Shown piece after piece: positions 57,016 through 64,000 of a stretch of DNA of 64,000 nt. How positions within the stretch are numbered: position 1 is the first letter of the stretch; each line of letters opens with the position of its first letter. The notes under the pieces are model-generated. The model saw nothing but the letters and a program-made list of their open reading frames with translations, had not been told where the DNA came from and did no database searches. Source of the stretch: an uncultured Eubacteriales bacterium (GTDB lineage: Bacteria > Acidobacteriota > Aminicenantia > Aminicenantales > Saccharicenantaceae); NCBI GenBank assembly GCA_964652895.1, contig CAZZCH010000004.1, forward strand, positions 5,809 through 69,808. Reading direction: 5' to 3'. The position numbers were made by a program, and so were the translations under genes.

Positions 57016-59086
57016 TCCGTTCCTCCAAAGTGATGTTTTTCCCCCTGATGATCAGATACTTCTGACAATTCTCATAGGCCTTGGCCTTTTCGCCCTTTTC
57101 GAGATAGGCCAAAGCGAGATTGTAGACGGGAAAAGCGAACTGCGGATCGAGCTCATGGGCCTTTTCCCAGTTCCTGACCGCGTCGTCGGTCCGGCCCAGG
57201 ATCTTCAAGACCCCGCCCAGGCCGTTATAGGCCGAGGCCAGCGCCGGGTCGGCGGCGACCGCCTTCTCGAAAAATTCCTTGGATTTCTGGAGGTCTTCTG
57301 CGCTTTTGTCTTTCACCGCTTTCGTGAAATAAAAAGAGCCGGCGTCGTCGTTGATCGAAGGGTCGTTCGGGTCGATCTCCAGGGCCCTCGCGAAGTCCTG
57401 GGCGGCGCGGCCGAAATCGCCCTGCCGGGCATAGGCAATACCGAGGTTCGTCCACACCTCGGCGTCCCGGTCGAAGAGGCCGAGCGCCTTCTCCAGGATC
57501 TCGATCCCTTTCGCGGTTTTCGAGTTCTGGACCAGGACGACGCCATAGCCGGAGACGATGACGTAGTTCGCGGGATTCGCGGCGTAGGCCCGTTCGAGGA
57601 CGGCCAGGCCGTCGTCGAGCATGCCCCGGGAGCGGTAAAGGCGGAAGAGCTGGTCGTAGGCCCGTCCATAATCCTTCCGGGCGGCGATGACGTCCTCGAG
57701 CAGCTTGACGCTCTCCGCGACCCGGCCGTCCCTTTCCAGCTTGAGGGCCAGGGTGACCTTCTGCTCGAGGGGCAGCAGGGTCTTGAGGTCGTCCGCCGGG
57801 CCGTATGAATTCCGGACAGGTCCGACGGCAGAGGACGCGTAGCCCAGGCTGCGGAGCCTTTCCCGGGTCTCTTGGTCGGTGCGCCGCACGGCCTCGTTCC
57901 GGAGGGGAGACGCGTCCCGCTTCATCTTGTCATTGAGGATCTTTCGGTAGGGCTGGAGGTCCGTCCCCGGGGCCAGGTTCGTCCCCTCGGCGAAATCCTT
58001 CTCCAGGTCGTAGAGCTCGGGGATCGGCGAATCGATGAACTTTTTCCCTTCCGCGATGATGCCCCGGAGCGGGGCCCAGCCCCTGTTGATATTGGCCTCG
58101 AGGGATTCGAAGTAGATGGGCCTGGCCTTGACGGTCTTCCCTCTCAGGAAAGGGGCCAGGGATTCCCCGTGAAGAGACGGCGGCCCGTCGAGGCCGAGGA
58201 TCTCGCAGACCGTCGGAAAGATGTCGACGTGGCTGACCATCTCCGTGACGCGGACCCCTTTCATCCCCGGAGCCGCGATGATGAGGGGGATCCGGATCGT
58301 GACGTTGTAGGCGAAATAGCCGTGCCCCATCTCGCCGTGCTCGCCCAGGGCCTCCCCATGGTCGCCCGTGAGGACGACCAGAGTCTTGCCCAATCCTCCC
58401 CCCTTGTCGATCTCGTCAAGGAGCTTGCCCAATTCGGCGTCGACATAGGCCACTTCGCCCGAATAGGGATCGGCCTTGAACCGGCTGGCGAATGGCTCCG
58501 GCGGCGCATAAGGCAAGTGCGGGTCCCAGAGGTGGACCCAGCAGAACCATTTTTCTTTCCGGCCGGAGAGCCAGCGCAAAGCCGCGGCCACGGTCTCCCC
58601 GGCCGGCCGTTCCGAGAAAGATTCGCCGGGGCCGGCCTTGGACGGATACGCGTCGTCATAGACGTCGAACCCTCGGGTGAGGCCGAATCGCGAATCCAAC
58701 GGAAAGGCGCTGACGAAGGCGGCGGTCGCGTAGCCCTTCGTCTTGAGAAGCTCGGCGAGTGTCGTGAATTCCCCGGGCACTATCGACTTGTTGCTCTCGT
58801 TGACCCCGTGGGCGAGAGGCGTCATGCCGAGAAGGATGTTCGTGTGGGAAGGGAGGGTCAACGGGGCGTGGGCGAAGGCTCGCTCAAAAAGGGCGCCATG
58901 CGCCGCAAGCCAGTCTATGCGCGGCGTTTGGACGACCTTGGAGCCATAGCAGCTCAGACGGTCCGTCCGGATGGTGTCGAGAGTTACCAAGAGGACGTTG
59001 GAATCGGCTCCGGTGGCGTCCGGAGCCCCGGCCCAGCCGATAGCGATGAGTGCGACCAAAGAGGCTGTGAGGAATTTCGTGTTCAT
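56981..59086 (-). CDS. sulfatase-fold + TPR protein, paralog 2
   Basis: LLVTLDTIRTDRLSCYG, PLTLPSHTNILLG, VLTGDHGEALGEHGE, C-terminal TPRs. GGAGAAGG RBS. Confidence 0.85.
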   Translation of the reverse strand: MNTKFLTASLVALIAIGWAGAPDATGADSNVLLVTLDTIRTDRLSCYGSKVVQTPRIDWLAAHGALFERAFAHAPLTLPSHTNILLGMTPLAHGVNESNKSIVPGEFTTLAELLKTKGYATAAFVSAFPLDSRFGLTRGFDVYDDAYPSKAGPGESFSERPAGETVAAALRWLSGRKEKWFCWVHLWDPHLPYAPPEPFASRFKADPYSGEVAYVDAELGKLLDEIDKGGGLGKTLVVLTGDHGEALGEHGEMGHGYFAYNVTIRIPLIIAAPGMKGVRVTEMVSHVDIFPTVCEILGLDGPPSLHGESLAPFLRGKTVKARPIYFESLEANINRGWAPLRGIIAEGKKFIDSPIPELYDLEKDFAEGTNLAPGTDLQPYRKILNDKMKRDASPLRNEAVRRTDQETRERLRSLGYASSAVGPVRNSYGPADDLKTLLPLEQKVTLALKLERDGRVAESVKLLEDVIAARKDYGRAYDQLFRLYRSRGMLDDGLAVLERAYAANPANYVIVSGYGVVLVQNSKTAKGIEILEKALGLFDRDAEVWTNLGIAYARQGDFGRAAQDFARALEIDPNDPSINDDAGSFYFTKAVKDKSAEDLQKSKEFFEKAVAADPALASAYNGLGGVLKILGRTDDAVRNWEKAHELDPQFAFPVYNLALAYLEKGEKAKAYENCQKYLIIRGKNITLEERNEINALIRKCR

Positions 59087-59129
59087 CGGCCTTCTCCGTC
59101 AGGATCACTTCCCAGGACAGACCTTCGAT

Positions 59130-61256
59130 CTACTTGCACTTCTCGATGAGGGCCAGGACGGAGGCCCGTTCGTCGGGCGGAATGCCCGGGCCTCGCAACT
59201 CGAGATATTTCTCGAAAGCGGACCGGGCCAGGACCTTGTCGCCTCTGTCGAGATAGGCGCGTCCGAGGTTGAGCCGCGAATAGGAGTCGCCGGAGTTGGC
59301 GGCGACCGCCTTCTCCCAGGCTTCGATCGCGCCCGAGAGGTCGCCGTTCACGCGGCTGGCCACTCCGAGTCCCCGCCAGGCTATGCCGAGGCCGGAGTCG
59401 AGGGACACGGCCTTCCGAAAGCTCTCGACCGCCGCGGCCATGTCCTCGGGCCTTCGGCCCTGATTGAGAAACATTTCCAGCCGGACGGCTCCGATGTTGG
59501 AAAAAGCCAGGGCGAAAGTTTTATCGAGCTCCACGGCCCGGGCCAGGTACTCCAGGGCCTTCGCGTAATCGCCCCGGCGCATGGCTACGATGCCCAGGTT
59601 ATCCCAGACGGCGGGGTCAAAGTCGACGAGTGTCAGGGCTTTTTCCAAGATGTCGGCGGCCCGGTCGTACTGCCTGGCCTGGACGAGGAGTGTCCCCAGG
59701 GAGGAAAGCAGCGAATAATCCTCCGGGTTGGCGGCAACGCCGGCCTCGAGCGCTTTGACCGCATCGGCGGCATTTCCTTGAGATCCATAAACTTGCGAAA
59801 GATAGATGTAGGCCGGGGCGAAGTTTTTTTTCTCGCCGGTGAGCGCCGTGAGTTCCCGGATGCTCCCGGCCTTTTCGTCGCGGTCGGACATGAGGACGGC
59901 CCGTTCGAGCCTCTGCTGGAACGGCAGGAAGCTCTTCAGGTCGTCCCCGGGGCCGTAAGCGCTCTTGATCCGGGCGACGGGCGTCGCCACGTAGCCGAGG
60001 CTGCGCAGTTTTTCGAGCGTCCGGCTGTCGGCCGGCCGCGCAGCGGTCCCGGCCAAGGGCGATGCCAGCGACTCGATGAGCTTATCCATTTTCTTCTTAT
60101 ACGGGCCCAGCTCGCTTTTTGCGGCTAAGTCCGTTTTCTCTCCCGGATCCGCGGCCAAGTTGTAGACCTCCGGGATGGGAGAATCCATATACTTGGTATT
60201 TCCTTCGATGAAGCCCCGGAGGGGGGCGCAGCCCTTGTTGAAATAGGGCTCGAGCGATTCGAAGTAGATCAACGGCTCGGTCCGCTTCCCCCCCTTCATC
60301 AGCCCGGCGAGAGACCGGCCTTGAAGGCCGACCGGAGCGGGAATCCCGGAGAGCCCGCAGAGCGTCGGAAAAATATCGCTATGCGAAACATTGGCCCCGA
60401 TCCGCGCTGGCCCTATGCCGGGGCCGGCGATGATGAGGGGGACGTGGATCGTGCTGTTGTAGGCGAAATAGCTGTGGGTCATCTCGCCGTGTTCGCCGAG
60501 GGACTCGCCATGGTCCGCCGTCAGGACGATGAGCGTCGGTTCGATGAGACCGGAAGCCCGAAGCAATCCGAAAAGGCGCCCGAGCTCCGAATCGATATAA
60601 GCCGCTTCACCCGAGTAGGGATCGGCTTTGTACCGGCTCAAAAAGGGCTCCGGTGGAGCGTATGGCGCGTGCGGGTCCCAGAGGTGGATCCAGCAGAACC
60701 ACTTGCCCTCCCGGCCCGAGATCCAATCCGAGGCGGCCTTGATGACCTCCTCGGCCCGGCGCTCGGCGTATGTCCCCGTCCGGGCTGGAATCGAGGGAAA
60801 GGCATCGTCATATAAGTCGAAACCCTGGTCGAGGCCGAAGCGCGAATCCAGGGGAAACGCGCCGATGAACGCCGCCGTGGCATACCCGGCGGCCTTGAGG
60901 TGCTCGGCCAGCGTCAGGCAGCGGTCGGGCAGTTTCGATTTCGAATTCTCGCTGACGCCGTGGAACGGGGCCAGCATCCCCGTCAGGATATTGGCGTGTG
61001 AGGGCAGGGTCGTTGGGTTGTGGGCGTAGGCCCTCTCGAAAAGCGCGCCCCTCGCGGCCAGGGCGTCGACTGCGGGGGTTTTGACGAACGCCGCGCTGTA
61101 GCAGCTCAGGCGATCCGGACGCAGGGTGTCGACAGTGATGAGGAGGACATTGGACCCGTTCGCCAAGGGTAGTCCCGGGCTCAATTCGGAAGCGCCGCTC
61201 AGGAGGGGAAAGCCTAGGACGGTCGCGAGGGCCAGTACTCTCCCAAAATACTTCAT
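59130..61256 (-). CDS. sulfatase-fold + TPR protein, paralog 3
   Basis: LLITVDTLRPDRLSCYS, PTTLPSHANILTG, VLTADHGESLGEHGE, C-terminal TPRs. Signal peptide MKYFGRVLALATVLGFPLLSG. Confidence 0.85.
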   Translation of the reverse strand: MKYFGRVLALATVLGFPLLSGASELSPGLPLANGSNVLLITVDTLRPDRLSCYSAAFVKTPAVDALAARGALFERAYAHNPTTLPSHANILTGMLAPFHGVSENSKSKLPDRCLTLAEHLKAAGYATAAFIGAFPLDSRFGLDQGFDLYDDAFPSIPARTGTYAERRAEEVIKAASDWISGREGKWFCWIHLWDPHAPYAPPEPFLSRYKADPYSGEAAYIDSELGRLFGLLRASGLIEPTLIVLTADHGESLGEHGEMTHSYFAYNSTIHVPLIIAGPGIGPARIGANVSHSDIFPTLCGLSGIPAPVGLQGRSLAGLMKGGKRTEPLIYFESLEPYFNKGCAPLRGFIEGNTKYMDSPIPEVYNLAADPGEKTDLAAKSELGPYKKKMDKLIESLASPLAGTAARPADSRTLEKLRSLGYVATPVARIKSAYGPGDDLKSFLPFQQRLERAVLMSDRDEKAGSIRELTALTGEKKNFAPAYIYLSQVYGSQGNAADAVKALEAGVAANPEDYSLLSSLGTLLVQARQYDRAADILEKALTLVDFDPAVWDNLGIVAMRRGDYAKALEYLARAVELDKTFALAFSNIGAVRLEMFLNQGRRPEDMAAAVESFRKAVSLDSGLGIAWRGLGVASRVNGDLSGAIEAWEKAVAANSGDSYSRLNLGRAYLDRGDKVLARSAFEKYLELRGPGIPPDERASVLALIEKCK

Positions 61257-61263
61257 AAAATCT

Positions 61264-61272
61264 ATTATACCA
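61264..61272 (-). promoter_or_regulatory. extended -10 element (TGgTATAAT) 7 nt upstream of the paralog-3 ATG
   Basis: The minus strand reads TGGTATAAT-agatttt-ATG with no Shine-Dalgarno. It lies immediately downstream of a strong terminator. Confidence 0.45.
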
Positions 61273-61286
61273 AAAACGGGGCGGGG

Positions 61287-61326
61287 AAAAAAAAGCCCCT
61301 TCCGCCCCGGCGAGGGCGGAAGGGGC
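61287..61326 (-). terminator. rho-independent terminator of the TonB-receptor-like gene
   Basis: On the minus strand: GCCCCTTCCGCCC, 6-nt loop, GGGCGGAAGGGGC (13-bp perfect stem), followed by T8. Confidence 0.8.
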
Positions 61327-61359
61327 TTTGAGCGTCTGCGTGTGCGCTTGGAGCTGGAA

Positions 61360-64000
61360 CTAGATCTCGAACCTCAGTCCGAGACGGAAAACGAGCGGGT
61401 TCAGCAGTTCGTTGTTAACGCCCTGGGTAGCAGCGGGGTTAGCGTAGCTGAAAGGCAATTCTTCCCCGGGCAGTCCGCTCTGGCGGAAGGTGCCGAGGGA
61501 ACGGTTGTACCTGCGGGTGACGATCTGCGAATTGAAGGCGTTGAACATGTCGACGGACAGGTACATGCGGCCGCCGGCGCCGAGCTTGAGCACCTTTTCG
61601 AGCTTGAAGTTGACCACGAAAACGCTTCCCAGCCTGTCGGAGGCGTTGTAGGTGTGCGTGAGGAAGCTGTCGCTGCGGTCGGCAGAATTGTAGTTGGGGT
61701 TGGAGCTCGTGTAGTTGGAGATGCCGAAGCTATTGGTGTTGAAGGTCCCTTCATGCGCGGAGACCGTGCCGGAGAGGTTGATGTCATACGGCAGCTGGTA
61801 GAGGCCCATGAGCTTGATCATCCAGCGGGTGAAGTAGACTTGGCTGATCTTTCCGCTGCCGCCGCCCTGGCTGAAGCCGAAGATCTGGTTGTCGTAGGCC
61901 CAGCGGTTGGTTTGGTCCATCAAGCCGTCGCCATAGTGCATTTTCTGCATCTGGTAGGTGAAGGAGCCGTTGAACATCCACTTGTCGGCCAGCCGCTTGG
62001 TCAAGATGAGGTCGAAGCCCATGTAGGTGTTGTAGCGGTTCGAGGGCATCATCTGATTGATGGAGTAGGAGGTCGAGCGGGTTTCGGGGTTGGTGCTGGG
62101 GCCGATCAGTGAGTACCAGGGTCTGCCTGCGGCGGCGCCGGGGTCGACGGCGATGTCGTCCGTTGACGGGGTGAGTTCCGTGTTGTAGAAGCCGTCCGGG
62201 CCGGGCATCCAAAGCGTGTCGGGGACATAGCCGGCGATGTAGTAGTCGTCCTGGTTGCGGATGTGATCGTTTAAATTCGGCGCGTCGTTGGGGGTGTTGG
62301 CCGGGTCGGACGGATAGTAGGAGTTTGTCCAGGAGTACCGGCCCATCCTCTTCCAGTAACCGCTGATGCTTGCGCCGAAGTTCTGGAAGATCTCCCTTTC
62401 GACGGCGACGTTGATTTCGTGGGTCAAGTCGGTCTTCCAGTTGGCCAGATCGATGTAGGAAGTGGGCTTTGTCAGAGCGGACGAACCCCAGGTGAAGTCG
62501 CGCCAGTAGCGCCAGTATTCACGGTCGTAGTTGCCCACGAAGGCGCCGGTCCCAGAGTCCCAGATATTGTAGAGGGGCTCGTTCCCGATTGCGGTGTCGG
62601 TCCAGAAGAGCTCGTCAGACGACACGACGCCGTCGCCGCTCGTATCGTCCCACCAGAATTCCATTCTGCCGCCGATGCCGTAGGGGGCCCAATAGCCCGT
62701 TCCGGGGTAGCCGCCCGGATACAGGGCATAGGACAGCTTGAGGACCGTCTTGCCGTCGCCGAAGATGTCGTAGGTCAGTCCGCCGCGCGGCGAGAACAAG
62801 GTGTAGACCTTGCCCACGGTGAGCGCGTCGCGTCCGCGGGGCCCCATGATGGCGTTGATCTTGTCGATCGCCTCCCCCGTGAACACTTCCGCGTCGATCG
62901 CCGCGTAGTTGTCATACTGATATGATGGGCTGACGTCGGCCGAAGTCCAGAGCGTCCGGGATTCCAGAGCTTTGTACCCGGGTTTGGCCCTGTCGAAGCG
63001 GAACGACAGGACGAAGTTGAAGCGGCCCTTGGAGATCGTGTCGCTGAAGTAGCCGGCTATGCGCTTGTTGTAATAAGGGTTCTGGACCGTGCTCCGGTAG
63101 GTATAGATCCGCGTCAGGTCGCGGTTGATGTCGTCGTCGTTGAGGACCCCGTCGGCGTTATAATCGACGGTCGGATAGTAGTAGTTGCTCCGGAGGTAGA
63201 CGTTGCCGGGGTAGCCGCCGATCGACGTCTGTCCGTTGTTGTTGACCTCGAAGCCGACCTTGATTTCGTGGGCCGTGCCCGCGAAGAGGTTGTCGTTGAA
63301 GTACTGGAGCTGAGCGACGCCGTAGGGATGCGGCCGGTCGCTGTAGAACCAGGTTTGGGAATTGTAGTAGAGCGACTGTTCGATGTCATACCAGGAGGGC
63401 TTCTCGAGGTCGAGGTCGCCTTCGGGGATCAGCCCGAAGCCACCCGAGGTCTTGCCGAGCCGGATGGACGCGAAGAGGTTGTCCCCGAACATGTGCTCGT
63501 CCTGGATCTTGAGCGTCGGGTTGCCGAAGTGCTGCTTGCTCCCCTGTCTCCAGCCCGGAGGATAGGCTTCAGAGCTGCTGCGGCCGAATTTCGTCTTATC
63601 GCCGAGCATGTACAGCAGTTCGAGCCGGTTCTGGGGGATGATCTGGAAGTTCAGCTTGGCGTTGTAGTTGTTGAGATACGTGTCGTCGTGGACGTTGAGC
63701 TGGTTGATCGTCTTGACCTGCTGGATGCCGTAGCTCACCCACCACCAGGCCTTGTCCTTGACGAAGGGGCCGCCGGCGTTGAAGCCGAAGTCCTTGATGT
63801 TGTCGGCCCGGTTGTACCCGGCGACACCGAACTCGTCCAGCTTCGCCTGGGGCACTGCCGACTGGAAAGCCGAGTCGGTCATGTAAAAGCGGCCGCCCAG
63901 GCTCATCTTGTTCGTGCCGCGGCGGGTGACGACGTTGATGACGATGGCCGGGTCGCGGTGCTCGACGTCGAGCGTACCCGTGGAGATGTTCAACTCTTCG
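61360..64000 (-). CDS. TonB-dependent receptor-like outer-membrane beta-barrel (N-terminus beyond the right edge)
   Basis: The frame is open to the window edge. The barrel portion is rich in Y/N/G/F beta-strand repeats, and the C-terminus ...NPLVFRLGLRFEI is typical of large TonB-dependent receptors. The plug and TonB box are not visible. Confidence 0.75.
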   Translation of the reverse strand, partial: EELNISTGTLDVEHRDPAIVINVVTRRGTNKMSLGGRFYMTDSAFQSAVPQAKLDEFGVAGYNRADNIKDFGFNAGGPFVKDKAWWWVSYGIQQVKTINQLNVHDDTYLNNYNAKLNFQIIPQNRLELLYMLGDKTKFGRSSSEAYPPGWRQGSKQHFGNPTLKIQDEHMFGDNLFASIRLGKTSGGFGLIPEGDLDLEKPSWYDIEQSLYYNSQTWFYSDRPHPYGVAQLQYFNDNLFAGTAHEIKVGFEVNNNGQTSIGGYPGNVYLRSNYYYPTVDYNADGVLNDDDINRDLTRIYTYRSTVQNPYYNKRIAGYFSDTISKGRFNFVLSFRFDRAKPGYKALESRTLWTSADVSPSYQYDNYAAIDAEVFTGEAIDKINAIMGPRGRDALTVGKVYTLFSPRGGLTYDIFGDGKTVLKLSYALYPGGYPGTGYWAPYGIGGRMEFWWDDTSGDGVVSSDELFWTDTAIGNEPLYNIWDSGTGAFVGNYDREYWRYWRDFTWGSSALTKPTSYIDLANWKTDLTHEINVAVEREIFQNFGASISGYWKRMGRYSWTNSYYPSDPANTPNDAPNLNDHIRNQDDYYIAGYVPDTLWMPGPDGFYNTELTPSTDDIAVDPGAAAGRPWYSLIGPSTNPETRSTSYSINQMMPSNRYNTYMGFDLILTKRLADKWMFNGSFTYQMQKMHYGDGLMDQTNRWAYDNQIFGFSQGGGSGKISQVYFTRWMIKLMGLYQLPYDINLSGTVSAHEGTFNTNSFGISNYTSSNPNYNSADRSDSFLTHTYNASDRLGSVFVVNFKLEKVLKLGAGGRMYLSVDMFNAFNSQIVTRRYNRSLGTFRQSGLPGEELPFSYANPAATQGVNNELLNPLVFRLGLRFEI

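Noticed and set aside
55408-60128. Long plus-strand ORFs (55408..57000, 57872..59149, 58971..60128)
   Set aside because: All are antisense to the three sulfatase-fold/TPR genes and show shadow-frame composition.

Overview
GC-rich (roughly 60-65% G+C by eye) bacterial chromosomal segment, densely coded on both strands with many overlapping stop/start junctions. I saw no CRISPR array, transposase, integrase, phage or recognisable defence genes. Left to right: two secreted M16 peptidase-like proteins, a fused formimidoyltransferase-cyclodeaminase, a znuABC-like metal importer, pepD, ridA, an FmdB zinc-ribbon gene, hyuA/hyuB, and a GHL10-type lipoprotein. Next come a pepP / C-N hydrolase / NusG-paralog operon, a proline-racemase-family enzyme plus a PurF-like protein, and a small AT-rich islet beside initiator tRNA-fMet. 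These are followed by nuoJKLMN, MFS and CaCA transporters, RNase P RNA (rnpB), a sigma-54 activator, PFOR, and dnaX-ybaB-recR. Then an EamA transporter, a Trp-rich lipoprotein, rocD, two tRNA-Ser genes interleaved with hom and tadA, thrC, hflKC, a truncated dcyD-like remnant, and a BNR/Vps10-like protein. The right end holds a saccharopine-dehydrogenase-like gene, an Omp85 barrel, mscL, and a co-directional locus of a TonB-receptor-like barrel, three tandem sulfatase-fold+TPR paralogs and a GH127 hydrolase. The gene set resembles Acidobacteriota-like or related uncultured lineages, but this cannot be verified here. The most unusual items are: (1) the triplicated sulfatase-fold/TPR proteins, which carry T-L-P-S-H where sulfatases have C-x-P-x-R; (2) a NusG paralog translationally coupled to the end of a peptide-catabolism operon; (3) a PurF-like protein lacking the Cys1 nucleophile; (4) rnpB overlapped by the upstream regulator CDS, with a -10-like box embedded in that CDS; (5) tRNA-mRNA mixed transcription units; (6) several promoter-like TATAAT boxes 6-7 nt from start codons, a leaderless geometry; (7) a nested-hairpin AT-rich intergenic element. 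All functions are inferred by eye from the translations; no database search was run.
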